Origin: Deinococcales bacterium
GTDB taxonomy: Bacteria; Deinococcota; Deinococci; Deinococcales; JAAFIG01
Direction of reading: 5' to 3'
Assembly: GCA_043778225.1 (NCBI GenBank)
Contig: JAYWGM010000094.1
Location: 32,001 to 96,000, forward strand
DNA: 64,000 nt
This document shows, in pieces, positions 1 through 9,195 of this stretch. The notes beneath the pieces are model-generated. The model had not been told where the DNA came from and ran no database searches. It worked only from the letters and a program-made list of their open reading frames with translations. Within the stretch, counting starts at the first letter, position 1, and every line of letters starts with the position of its first letter. Made by a program: the position numbers and the translations under genes.

Positions 1-301
1 GCACCAATCCAGCCCGAGGCAGTGCCAACCACCACGCATTGTTGTACCAAGCCACACTCGAGATTCGCAAAGGGGCTTCAAACCAACCATGCCCCGTTTG
101 TCCACGAATTGCAGCTCGAGAAAAAACCGCCGCCATACTTGAGTTGGCTGCCACACAGACTGCATCGCCGTTGGGATTGACCACCAGACTGGCAATGCTA
201 TTCAGGCTCGAGCTTTGACTGGCTTGGGTGGCTTGGACTGGAACGCAAGCCGATAAAATTATCAACACCAGCAAAGCTGCTTTGGCATTTTGCCTTGGCA
301 T
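1..301 (-). CDS. Hypothetical lipoprotein (partial, runs off window start)
   Basis: Manual translation from ATG at 301: MPRQNAKAALLVLIILSACVPVQ..., hydrophobic signal with LSAC lipobox, open to position 1. Confidence 0.65.
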   Translation of the reverse strand, partial: MPRQNAKAALLVLIILSACVPVQATQASQSSSLNSIASLVVNPNGDAVCVAANSSMAAVFSRAAIRGQTGHGWFEAPLRISSVAWYNNAWWLALPRAGLV

Positions 302-305
302 ATCA

Positions 306-481
306 GGGTGATGACCCCTACGGTTTTTTGGTTTGTGTAGGGGCGAACCTTGTGTTCGCCCTGCTTTAGCCTGTGTTCGCCCTGCTTTAGCATTTTGCAA
401 CAGCCTTGGCGAGTCAGGGTAGACACGGGCGACCCTGCCCGATAGGTGCGTGTTTTGGGTCAAGAAAGGGTCTACCCCTAC
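306..481. repeat. Cluster of GTAG-type REP-like palindromes
   Basis: GTAGGGGCGAACCTTGTGTTCGCCC (337-361,+), inverted partner 417-481 (-), short copy 306-321 (-); 20-bp duplication TGTGTTCGCCCTGCTTTAGC. Confidence 0.75.
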
Positions 482-515
482 GGCTGGATAGGCTCTGTTG
501 TTCTGATTCGGCTTA

Positions 516-1802
516 TTAGAGGCGTTCACGCAGCACCTCCACAATTTGCTCTAGCTGCATAAATCTTGAGCCTTTAACAAGGATGGTATCGCCGTTTTGA
601 ATATCTGGTAAAAAACGCTGCTTGGCTTCGGTGGTGCTGGCATACCAAAGCGCATCTGCGCCGTTCTCGAGGGCGGCTTGAGCTAAGGCATCGCCGTGTT
701 CACCAATCGCAATCACAAGGTCAGCAAGTTGCCCAGCCGTTGCCCCAACTTCGCTGTGGTAGCGGCGGCTGTCAACACCAAGTTCGCGCATATGCCCTAA
801 AATTGCCACCTTGCGCCCAGAAAAGCGTGCAAGGGTCTCGAGACTGGCGGTCATCGAAAGCGGATTGGCGTTGTAAGCATCGTCTATTAGCGTAATTTTA
901 CCACGTTCAATCTTCAGCCGCCCACCGGGGATTTGGCTGTTCTCGAGCCGATTTTTGGCGGTCTCGAGCGCAATTCCATAGTGTTCTGCCAGCGCCAGTG
1001 CCAAGACTGCACTTTCGGCAATCTGCAAACTTGGGGTCTCGAGACGGATTGACTGCCCATGGTAGCTAAAACTGACCGCTTCAGCACTGACTTGGACATT
1101 GATGGCGCGGTGGCTGCACGACTCGAGGAAACCATAACTGTTGGTGTTTGGGTATCGGTGCGCCGTATTTCCAGCCACCAAATTATATGGGGCTTGAAGA
1201 ATTCGACCTTTTTCGTACTGCACCGTTTCGACACTGCCTAAAAATTCGGTGTGCGCCGCGCCAACTGCCGTAATCACGCCAACATTGGGCGCAACCAGTG
1301 CCATCAGGTCGTCCATTTCACCAATTCGGTCTATGCCCATTTCAATCACATGGGTGCTGTCGGCAGTCACCTCGGAGAGCAAATAGCACGCCAAGTAATT
1401 GAGGGTATTGAGGTTGCCGGGCGTACACGAACAATCCAGCGCACTCGAGACCAGACTTTTGGCGGTGGTTTTGCCTGCCGAACCAGTGATGCCGATTATT
1501 TCGGCTTGGGTTGAGTCGCGGTGCAACCTTGCCCAACTTCGTAAGGCAACCGTGGCATCTGGCACACGCACGGCTCGAGGCACATCCTGGTCGGTCAAGA
1601 TAAAAGGCGCACCCGCCTCGAGGGCAGCCTCAATAAAGTCATTGCCATGCCGGGTTGCCCCTTGGAGGGCAGCAAAAGCGGTATTTGGGTCGCACTCCGA
1701 ACTGACAAAACTGATTCGCTGGGCGGGTCGGGCATCGCTCGAGATGGTGGCATGGAGTTGTTGGGCATATTGGTGAGGGTCAATCATTTGCGCCTCGAGC
1801 AT
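516..1802 (-). CDS. murF: UDP-N-acetylmuramoyl-tripeptide--D-Ala-D-Ala ligase
   Basis: GITGSAGKTT, EMG, DDAYNANP and LVKGSR motifs; dcw context. Confidence 0.95.
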   Translation of the reverse strand: MLEAQMIDPHQYAQQLHATISSDARPAQRISFVSSECDPNTAFAALQGATRHGNDFIEAALEAGAPFILTDQDVPRAVRVPDATVALRSWARLHRDSTQAEIIGITGSAGKTTAKSLVSSALDCSCTPGNLNTLNYLACYLLSEVTADSTHVIEMGIDRIGEMDDLMALVAPNVGVITAVGAAHTEFLGSVETVQYEKGRILQAPYNLVAGNTAHRYPNTNSYGFLESCSHRAINVQVSAEAVSFSYHGQSIRLETPSLQIAESAVLALALAEHYGIALETAKNRLENSQIPGGRLKIERGKITLIDDAYNANPLSMTASLETLARFSGRKVAILGHMRELGVDSRRYHSEVGATAGQLADLVIAIGEHGDALAQAALENGADALWYASTTEAKQRFLPDIQNGDTILVKGSRFMQLEQIVEVLRERL

Positions 1803-1804
1803 AC

Positions 1805-1851
1805 TTGAGTATCATGTGTAAGTGATTCATCATTGAGTATCATGTGTAAGT
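1805..1851. repeat. 19-bp direct repeat x2 (28-bp period) upstream of murF
   Basis: TTGAGTATCATGTGTAAGT at 1805 and 1833. Confidence 0.85.
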
Positions 1852-1862
1852 CACTCATGGTT

Positions 1863-3290
1863 TTATTTTTTAACGCACGGCACAGGAGCAATCCCATAAC
1901 GTGCGGCGGTCTCGAGGACAAGTTGACGAAAGACTGGGGCAGCACCCAACGAACCGTGGACATCTTTTTTCGGCGCGTATAACTGCACCGCGATAATCAC
2001 TTTGGGGGCTTGCACTGGAAAAAACCCAGCAAACAAGGCATGGTAACGACTGGCGGATTTTTTGCCGTTGTACCAAGTCTCGGAAGTCCCAGTTTTGCCA
2101 CCGACACAATAATTTGGCACTTGGGCGCGTTTTACGCCTTCATTGACCGTATACTCAAGCATTTCGCGGGTGGTGCGGGCGGCGCTTTCCGAAATCACTT
2201 GGACTGGCTTAGGAATGTCTTGTCCCTCAAATAATTTGGGGGTAATCAGTTGCCCATCGTTGACCAAAACGCTAAAACTGGTGGCAAGTTGCAGGGCAGT
2301 GCTGGTAAAACCTTGCCCAAAGCTGTGGGTTGCAAAGTCTCGAGGTCGCCAAGTCTGCCAGTCGGATAATTCGTTGCGCTCGAGGCTGGGGTCGTTTTTC
2401 CAAGTCTTTTGTCCAAAACCAAATTTGACCAAATAATCATGCAGTTTCTGCGCCCCCAATTGGTCGGCAAACCTCGAGATGCCAACATTGCTCGAGTAGC
2501 GCAGCACTTCTTTGAGTGTCAGGTTTGGTTGGTGTTCAATCGCATCGCGGATGGGTGGCGCGTTGCGGTACGGGCGCTGCATTGGCGCGTAAATCGGCGA
2601 GTCTGGGGTTGCCATACCCTCGTTGACCAACATACTGGCGACCAGCGCTTTAATCGTGCTGCCGGGGTCGAAGGTATCGCGGAAAGCCCGATTTTTCCAG
2701 AGACCTTCGCGTGAAGCTTGCCAATTGCTCGAGTCAAAGCCCGGCGCATTGGCAATGGCTAATGCCCGACCTGTTTTTGCCTCGAGAATCACCACCGTGC
2801 CACCCTCTGAACCAGTTGAAAGCATCGCATTCTCGAGCGTCGCTTCGGCACTGGCTTGCATAATCGGGTCGAGGGTTAAGACCAAATCTTGTCCGCGCTC
2901 GAGTCGGGCATTTTGGAATTTTTCGATGCCATACAAACCAGTATTGTCGTCGCCAACAAACCCCAGTACGCCAGCCGCCAAACGCCCTTGGGGGTAAAAG
3001 CGCTCGAGGTTATCTTTTTTGCCTGTGCTTTCGGCTAAGGTAATAAATCCATCTTCGCCGCGCAGTAAAACCCGCCCACGCCGCACATCCTCGGATATTT
3101 TAGGCACAAATGGCAATCCCAAAGATAAACCCGTAAACTCAAGCCAAAGCACAACCGTAAAAAATGCCAAAACCGCACCAACCAAACCAAAGCGCCAAGG
3201 TTGACTCTGGGCAGGCACGACCTCAATTGGGGTAAAAACCTGCTCGAGCGCAGTTGGAAGGTGTTCAGTTTTGTCTTGGGTCTGAATCAT
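1863..3290 (-). CDS. ftsI: Class B penicillin-binding protein (FtsI-like)
   Basis: STIK, SSN and KTG transpeptidase motifs; N-terminal TM helix; follows ftsL. Confidence 0.9.
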   Translation of the reverse strand: MIQTQDKTEHLPTALEQVFTPIEVVPAQSQPWRFGLVGAVLAFFTVVLWLEFTGLSLGLPFVPKISEDVRRGRVLLRGEDGFITLAESTGKKDNLERFYPQGRLAAGVLGFVGDDNTGLYGIEKFQNARLERGQDLVLTLDPIMQASAEATLENAMLSTGSEGGTVVILEAKTGRALAIANAPGFDSSNWQASREGLWKNRAFRDTFDPGSTIKALVASMLVNEGMATPDSPIYAPMQRPYRNAPPIRDAIEHQPNLTLKEVLRYSSNVGISRFADQLGAQKLHDYLVKFGFGQKTWKNDPSLERNELSDWQTWRPRDFATHSFGQGFTSTALQLATSFSVLVNDGQLITPKLFEGQDIPKPVQVISESAARTTREMLEYTVNEGVKRAQVPNYCVGGKTGTSETWYNGKKSASRYHALFAGFFPVQAPKVIIAVQLYAPKKDVHGSLGAAPVFRQLVLETAARYGIAPVPCVKK

Positions 3291-3617
3291 TTATCTCCAC
3301 TGGGTCTCGAGGGTTATTTTTTGCGGAACTTCTAGAATTGGCTTAGGGGCTTTGAAAGGCTTAAACTCAAGTTGCAAGCTGTCGGCACTTGAAAAAGGAA
3401 TCATGTTGTTGCTAAAAGCCCAGCGCCGCACCCGAGTTGGACTCTCGAGGTTGGCAAGTTGCAATTGTAATTCAGAGCGTTCTGCCATCAGGTCAGCCGT
3501 CTCGAGTTGTAAATCCGATAGGTTTTGCTGGCTGTCTCGGGTGGCAAAACGCACCCCAACCAAGAGCAGCACCAAAGCTGTATAAAACAACATAAAACGC
3601 TGAATGCGCTCGGTCAT
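3291..3617 (-). CDS. ftsL: Cell division protein FtsL-like
   Basis: TM helix plus coiled coil ending LESPTRV; between rsmH and ftsI. Confidence 0.75.
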   Translation of the reverse strand: MTERIQRFMLFYTALVLLLVGVRFATRDSQQNLSDLQLETADLMAERSELQLQLANLESPTRVRRWAFSNNMIPFSSADSLQLEFKPFKAPKPILEVPQKITLETQWR

Positions 3618-4507
3618 GGTCGAATCACCGTACCGATTCGCAGCTTAGCGCTTCTGGAACGCGAATTCTCGAGCAGTTCAGACTCACTTGCCTCAAGTGG
3701 CTTTTTCGTGGTCGGCTCAAGCTCAGAACGCATAAAGCGCTTAACAATTCGGTCTTCGAGCGAATGAAAACTAATCACCGCTAAACGCCCGCCGTCTTTA
3801 AGAATCGTTTTGGCTGCCACCAAACCAGCTTCTAATGCGCCCAATTCGTCGTTGACATAAATTCGCAAGGCTTGAAAAGTGCGCCGGGCTGGGTGAATCC
3901 CTCGTGCGTGCTGACCGGGGTAAGCGCTTTTAATGATTGTGGCAAGTTGGATGGTGCTGTTTAATTCGGTTTTCTCGCGGGCTGCCACAATCGATCGAGC
4001 AATGCGCCGCGAATGCCGCTCTTCGCCATAATCGTAAATAATTTGTGCCAATTCCTCGTAGTCCATGGTGTTGACCACATCGGCAGCACTCTCGCCCTGT
4101 TGCGACATTCGCATATCCAGTGGCGCATCGGTATGAAAAGAAAAACCACGCATCGAATCATCGAGTTGGAAACTCGAGACCCCCAAATCGAGCAACACAC
4201 CATCCACTTTTTCGGGGATAAGCACGGCTAAATCCCGAAAGTTGCCTTGACGGGTTTCTAAACCAATCAAATTGGCTTCGGCAGCCCGTGCTAAAGCAAA
4301 TGGGTCTTGGTCAACACCAATCACTTGCGCCCCAGCCGCCAGCAACAAGCGCGTATGCCCAGCCCCGCCCAGTGTGCCATCCACAAAGAGCTTTCCAGCT
4401 TTTGGCTCGAGACCAAGCAGCACTTGGTTTGGCAGCACAGGCAAATGAGTCAACTCAGACGAAACGTCTGTTTGCCTTTTAACCCTTTGCCCTTTTACCC
4501 TTGCCAT
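3614..4507 (-). CDS. rsmH: 16S rRNA m4C1402 methyltransferase
   Basis: DGTLGGAGH, DLGVSS, FQALRIYVN, ISFHSLEDR motifs. Confidence 0.97.
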   Translation of the reverse strand: MARVKGQRVKRQTDVSSELTHLPVLPNQVLLGLEPKAGKLFVDGTLGGAGHTRLLLAAGAQVIGVDQDPFALARAAEANLIGLETRQGNFRDLAVLIPEKVDGVLLDLGVSSFQLDDSMRGFSFHTDAPLDMRMSQQGESAADVVNTMDYEELAQIIYDYGEERHSRRIARSIVAAREKTELNSTIQLATIIKSAYPGQHARGIHPARRTFQALRIYVNDELGALEAGLVAAKTILKDGGRLAVISFHSLEDRIVKRFMRSELEPTTKKPLEASESELLENSRSRSAKLRIGTVIRP

Positions 4508-4947
4508 TAGCCCACCAACCTTCGCAGCACTTCGGGCAGGTCATCTTGTTTGGGTGGCTGCATTTGAACTTCAGCAATAATCGTGTTCCATCGGTCTATA
4601 TTCCACAGTTCAAGCCGTTTTGGTGCGCCAGTCACAACCACATCACCCTCGAGCGCCGCATAGCCACGCAGGGTGCTTGGAATAGTAATCCGAAAAGCGT
4701 TATCTAAACGAATTTTCTGAGCGCCACTGTAAAAAAAACGCATAAAATCCCGACCAGCTTTGTCGTTTAAGGGTAAATCCTCGACCGCACTTTCGATGCG
4801 CTGCCACTCGGACAACGGAAAAATATAGACGCAACCCTCAAAGCCTCGAGTCAGCACCATGCCATCCTCGACAAACTTACGAAAGTCCGGTGGCATCACC
4901 ACCCGACCTTTGTCATCAATTGCGTAAGGGTATTCTCCGAAGGGCAT
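4507..4947 (-). CDS. mraZ: Division/cell-wall cluster repressor MraZ
   Basis: DDKGR and D..FRITIP AbrB-type repeats; start refined to MPFGEY at 4947. Confidence 0.95.
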   Translation of the reverse strand: MPFGEYPYAIDDKGRVVMPPDFRKFVEDGMVLTRGFEGCVYIFPLSEWQRIESAVEDLPLNDKAGRDFMRFFYSGAQKIRLDNAFRITIPSTLRGYAALEGDVVVTGAPKRLELWNIDRWNTIIAEVQMQPPKQDDLPEVLRRLVG

Positions 4948-5061
4948 CTCCCACCCATTCCCACCCTGCTTAGATTCGCTGCTCGAGACCACCTCGAGCA
5001 ATAACACGACCAGCAAAAGGTGAATCGTTCTCGGAAGAGAATATCACGCTTTGCCTAGTTT

Positions 5062-5087
5062 TACCACTCAGCCCCACAAATCCCCAT
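5062..5087 (-). promoter_or_regulatory. MraZ operator (dcw box)
   Basis: Minus strand TGGGG-N5-TGGGG-N5-TGGTA with 10-bp period upstream of mraZ. Confidence 0.75.
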
Positions 5088-5215
5088 TTAAGAGGCATTT
5101 TTCACATTGTTTTCCCACTTGAGCTAAAAACTTAGAATCTGAATCAAGATAACTAAAGCCGTGCTGAACGAATTACTTGATGCGATTATACACCAAACCC
5201 AGTTATTGCCAACTT

Positions 5216-5962
5216 CTAAACTGCTCGAGTCGGCAACGGAACAATCATGCCACTTGCATCTGTGCCAATCCAGACTTCAACGCCATACAATTGACGCAGC
5301 AAGTCCGAATTCAGCACCTCGAGTGGTGTTCCATCTGCCACGACCCGAGCCTCACCGAGCGCAATCACGCGATTTGCTCGGGCTGCATAAGGAATATCAT
5401 GGGCAATAAAAACCACACACGCTCCAGCCTTGGCTCGAGTTTGCAGTGCCTCGAGTAAGCGCATTTGATAACGTGGGTCAAGCCCAGCCAAAGGTTCATC
5501 AAGCAGTAAAATCAGTGTGGCTCGAGCCAGTGTCATGGCTAACCAAGCGCGTTTGGCTTCGCCAGTCGAAAGCTGGGTGATTGGTTTTTCGATCAAATCC
5601 TCGAGTTCCATGGCAGCAACCGCCTCGAGAAAAGCGCTTTGACGAGGTTCTGCCAGCAAAATCAATTCACGCACCGACAACGGGAACGGCACACTCGAGT
5701 ACGCTGGTAAAAACGCCAATTTGGAAGCCACCACACCTTTAGATAAGCCGCGAATATCTGTTCCCTCGAGCAGTATCGAGCCATCCAAATGCTGTAACTC
5801 GCGCAGCCCCGCCAAAGCAGCCAGCAAAGTGCTTTTACCAGCCCCATTAGCGCCAATAATCGCCGCCACTTCGCCAGCTTTGAACTCGAGTTGCACATTT
5901 TGTACAATTACTCGAGCAGCGCGGCGAATCGTGATGTTTTGGGCAGTCAAGGGTAAAGTCAT
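5216..5962 (-). CDS. ABC ATPase, BtuD/FepC family
   Basis: GANGAGKS Walker A, LSTGE signature, LLLDEP. Confidence 0.9.
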   Translation of the reverse strand: MTLPLTAQNITIRRAARVIVQNVQLEFKAGEVAAIIGANGAGKSTLLAALAGLRELQHLDGSILLEGTDIRGLSKGVVASKLAFLPAYSSVPFPLSVRELILLAEPRQSAFLEAVAAMELEDLIEKPITQLSTGEAKRAWLAMTLARATLILLLDEPLAGLDPRYQMRLLEALQTRAKAGACVVFIAHDIPYAARANRVIALGEARVVADGTPLEVLNSDLLRQLYGVEVWIGTDASGMIVPLPTRAV

Positions 5963-5991
5963 AAATCCTTTAGAATATACCTTGAAAAATT

Positions 5992-6010
5992 GGACATTTT
6001 GTCCTAGAAT
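5992..6010 (+). promoter_or_regulatory. Leaderless TA promoter with palindromic operator
   Basis: GGACATTTTGTCC palindrome abutting TAGAAT (6005-6010), 6 nt before the GTG start. Confidence 0.6.
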
Positions 6011-6016
6011 AAAGCT

Positions 6017-6328
6017 GTGAACGTCATCGCTCCAAAAGCCATTCGGGATTTTGTGCAGCGTTACCCAGAAGCCGATGAAGTGCTGCGCGATTGGTACAAC
6101 ACGCTACGAAAATCCGAGTTTCAAAACTGGGCAGAACTTAAAGCCACCTTCTCAAGCGCTGATGTCATTCCTAACCAACAAAGTGGTTTACTGGTGATTT
6201 TTGACATTGGTGGAAACAAATACCGCGTGGTGGTCAAAATAGATTTACAAAGCAACTTTGCCATGATTCGTCATATTTTTACCCATCTTGAGTACACCAT
6301 TTGGAATAAAAAAGGAAAACCCTCATGA
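6017..6328 (+). CDS. higB: HigB-family toxin
   Basis: L.DWY...FDIGGNKYR...TH.EY pattern. Confidence 0.9.
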   Translation: MNVIAPKAIRDFVQRYPEADEVLRDWYNTLRKSEFQNWAELKATFSSADVIPNQQSGLLVIFDIGGNKYRVVVKIDLQSNFAMIRHIFTHLEYTIWNKKGKPS

Positions 6329-6723
6329 ATATCTCGCAAGCCCTTGAGTCGTGGACAGGATTATACAGCGCCAACATTCGCAAACCCGAAAGCGAACATC
6401 AGTACCTTGAATTGCTCGAGTTTATGAATCATTTGACTGACCATTACAACACCGACCTCGAGCCACACCGAGGACTTTGGAATTTAGTGGCACAGTATAT
6501 GTTTGAATGGGAACAAGCCAACGAACCAAAAATCCCTGAATCCGAACCGCATCAGATTTTACAATTTTTGATGCAGCAACACCACTTAAAAGCAAAAGAT
6601 TTCAAGGATGTGATAGACCAGAGTCTACTCTCAAAAATCTTATCGGGCAAACGAAAAATTAGTAAACACATGGCTCAGATTTTTGCGAAACGTTTTGATA
6701 CATCACCAGCCATGTTTTTATGA
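6325..6723 (+). CDS. higA: HigA-like HTH antitoxin
   Basis: LQFLMQQH...LSKILSGKRKIS XRE-type HTH; overlaps toxin stop. Confidence 0.88.
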   Translation: MNISQALESWTGLYSANIRKPESEHQYLELLEFMNHLTDHYNTDLEPHRGLWNLVAQYMFEWEQANEPKIPESEPHQILQFLMQQHHLKAKDFKDVIDQSLLSKILSGKRKISKHMAQIFAKRFDTSPAMFL

Positions 6724-7725
6724 AGCCCGTCTCGAGAGAACCATCAGGTAAATCCCGCCCAGCACCGTCGTAAATGCCCCAGCCGGAATTTCGTTGGGAG
6801 CAAGCAAGGTGCGCCCCAAAACATCCGCCAAGCTGACAAAAATCCCACCCAGCAAGGCACTGGCGGGCAATAACTTACGGTAATCTGTGCCAAAAATGGC
6901 TCGAGCCAGACTGACTGCCAATAAGCCGACAAAACCCATTAAACCGCTTGTGCCAACCGCCACACCGGTCAGCAAAGCTGCCAGCATCAAAACCAAATTT
7001 CTCGAGCTTTTGGCATTCAGACCCAGATTTTCGGCTACGTCGTCGCCCAGTTGCAAAAGGTTGGCGGTGCGCCCAAGCATCAGCCCCAGACCAAGACCAA
7101 AGACCGCAAACGGCAGCATCAGCCAAAGTTGACTTGTGCCAAGCGCATAAAAACCACCCACCACCCAGCCCAGTACATTGGCACTGGAGGGGCTTTGTGA
7201 AAGCGCCAGCAGCAACGCCAACCCCGCAAGGCTAATCGAAGCCAGTGCCACACCAATTAAGGCGCGACGCTCGCTCGACCGTTCAAACGACAATTGACTT
7301 AAAAGCCAAACCGCAAACCCCGCACCCATGCTGGCTAAGACTGGCGTACCAAAACCCGCCATGCCAATTTGTTGCAACAAGACCGCACCAAGCGCCGCAA
7401 AACCTGCTAAGCCCAGCAAGTACGAATCTGCCAGACTGGTACGAAACCCAGCTTGTAAAAGTGGACCGGTCATGCCCAAACTCGAGCCGACCAGCAACGC
7501 TAAAAATACTCGAGGCGCACGAACTTCTGACAGAATTTGGGCGGCAGTCACATCAGCTTGACCAACAACCCATGCCAGCAGGGTTTGAACTGAAATAGGA
7601 TATGAACCAAGCGCTAACGAAACACCAAGCACCAAAAGTAAAACCAGGATCAGCACAAAAAACCAAAGACGACTCGAGCCATTGGTGTGGCTCGAGATTC
7701 GAGAAAATGGTTTGGGCGTTGTCAC
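6718..7725 (-). CDS. ABC permease, BtuC/FecCD family
   Basis: R.PR, LGDD.A..LG, GFVGL, EIP.G..T motifs. Confidence 0.92.
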   Translation of the reverse strand: MTTPKPFSRISSHTNGSSRLWFFVLILVLLLVLGVSLALGSYPISVQTLLAWVVGQADVTAAQILSEVRAPRVFLALLVGSSLGMTGPLLQAGFRTSLADSYLLGLAGFAALGAVLLQQIGMAGFGTPVLASMGAGFAVWLLSQLSFERSSERRALIGVALASISLAGLALLLALSQSPSSANVLGWVVGGFYALGTSQLWLMLPFAVFGLGLGLMLGRTANLLQLGDDVAENLGLNAKSSRNLVLMLAALLTGVAVGTSGLMGFVGLLAVSLARAIFGTDYRKLLPASALLGGIFVSLADVLGRTLLAPNEIPAGAFTTVLGGIYLMVLSRRAS

Positions 7726-7748
7726 ATTGATAACCTGTCATACAAGCA

Positions 7749-7810
7749 GGGAGACCACTTCTTGACTCTAAAGATGCACCTTCGGGCTGAGTCGCAAGGG
7801 TCTCCCCTAC
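7749..7810 (-). repeat. GTAG-type REP with 37-nt insert in its loop
   Basis: GTAGGGGAGACCCTT-[insert]-GTGGTCTCCC on minus strand. Confidence 0.75.
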
Positions 7811-7827
7811 TTTTTAGCCTTACGATA

Positions 7828-8733
7828 TTATTGCTTGGGGTAAAGAAGCGCAATTAAGGTCTCGAGCGTTTCGACTGCTCTTGGACCCGGAGCGGTCACA
7901 AATGGGTCGGAGCTAAGGATATGGACACGGTTATTTCGCACCGCATTGAGGTTTTTCCACGCCGCACTTTGCTCAAGCCGCTCGACTGGGCTTGGAGCAA
8001 CTGCGCCCGTGGCGGTCACAGCCCGAAACGCCACAATCACATCGGGGTTAGCTGCCACGATTTGCTCTAAACTTAAAACCACAAAACCGGGTTGACGTGG
8101 GTCGGCGCTGGGCGTGCCTTTAGCAACATTATTTGCGCCAGCTTGCTCGAGCAAGTCGCCAATATAGGTTTCGTCGGTGGTGCTAAAAACCTGTCCACCA
8201 GCCGCCAACAGCGCCAGAACTTTGGGCTTAGTCACTTTGCTAGGTACTTTTGCCAGAATTCGCTTGACTCGAGACTTCAAAAAATCCAAACGGGCTTGAG
8301 CATACGATTCGCGCATCGTTAATTTGCCAAACAGCGTGTAGGTATCGTAGACATCTTTGAGGCTCGAGTCTGGAGTGACGATTAAAGGCATTGGCAGCGC
8401 ACCAAGTTGACGCGCCGAAGCTGCTGTTGTGCCAACCGAACCAATGAGGAGGTCTGGGCGCAGTCCAAGAATTTTCTCGAGGTCTGGGCGGTAGGCACTG
8501 CCCACTTCGGGGATACGCAAGGCAGCATCTGGATGGGTGGCACTGCTTGGGCGACCGATAGGATTTGCGCCGATGTCCACCAGAATTTCGGTGGCGGTTA
8601 AGGACAACGCCACAATTCGTTTGGCTGGGGCATTGACACTAACAGCCCGACCAAGACCATCACGAACTTGAATTGGTGCAGCTAACGCAAGCCCCGCTAA
8701 AAGCGTGGCACTGAGTAAAAATAATTTTTTCAT
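7828..8733 (-). CDS. ABC substrate-binding protein, BtuF/siderophore family
   Basis: Signal peptide MKKLFLL, AKRIVAL, E.I..L.PD and PGPR motifs; start refined to 8733. Confidence 0.9.
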   Translation of the reverse strand: MKKLFLLSATLLAGLALAAPIQVRDGLGRAVSVNAPAKRIVALSLTATEILVDIGANPIGRPSSATHPDAALRIPEVGSAYRPDLEKILGLRPDLLIGSVGTTAASARQLGALPMPLIVTPDSSLKDVYDTYTLFGKLTMRESYAQARLDFLKSRVKRILAKVPSKVTKPKVLALLAAGGQVFSTTDETYIGDLLEQAGANNVAKGTPSADPRQPGFVVLSLEQIVAANPDVIVAFRAVTATGAVAPSPVERLEQSAAWKNLNAVRNNRVHILSSDPFVTAPGPRAVETLETLIALLYPKQ

Positions 8734-8860
8734 ACAAACCTCGAAAGAATAAAAACGAAAGCCGAAAACAGCACAGTACAGCATTCAGGTTTTCAGACTC
8801 CTGAATGTCCCCATTCAAACCTGTTTGAGGCTACAAATTGTCACAAAAGTGTCGGGTTAA

Positions 8861-9106
8861 TTAGAACCCATAATACCATTCTCGGAAACCAGCTTGAATT
8901 GGAAAGTCCAAGAACAAATAGCCGTGTTTATTTTGCTGCATCAAACCTTGAATAGCCTCTGGCTCGAGCCATTGCAACGCCAGTAAATCTGAAGCGATTT
9001 GAGTCATTAAAAACGTGGTTTCTGGAGTAGACTCGAGCCGTGCCGCCAAAGGAATTTTCTGGTCAATCAACTCGGTTTTGTAATTCAGACCACGTGACAA
9101 AATCAT
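8861..9106 (-). CDS. Hypothetical protein (possibly frameshifted N-terminus)
   Basis: ORF fills the gap between fmdE-like gene and the binding protein; frame open upstream to about 9176. Confidence 0.45.
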   Translation of the reverse strand: MILSRGLNYKTELIDQKIPLAARLESTPETTFLMTQIASDLLALQWLEPEAIQGLMQQNKHGYLFLDFPIQAGFREWYYGF

Positions 9107-9195
9107 CGTCAGTAAACCCGCTTTAAGTTCGGTTTTGGTTTCTGGTAATTCAAAAATGTTGATTCCAAAAATAATTCATGCCAACATTATGCCAC

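Noticed and set aside
516..4947. Absence of murE, mraY and ftsW from the dcw cluster as a novelty
   Set aside because: Fragmented dcw clusters are common
8734..8860. Cobalamin riboswitch
   Set aside because: Conserved core motifs not recognisable and the region is short
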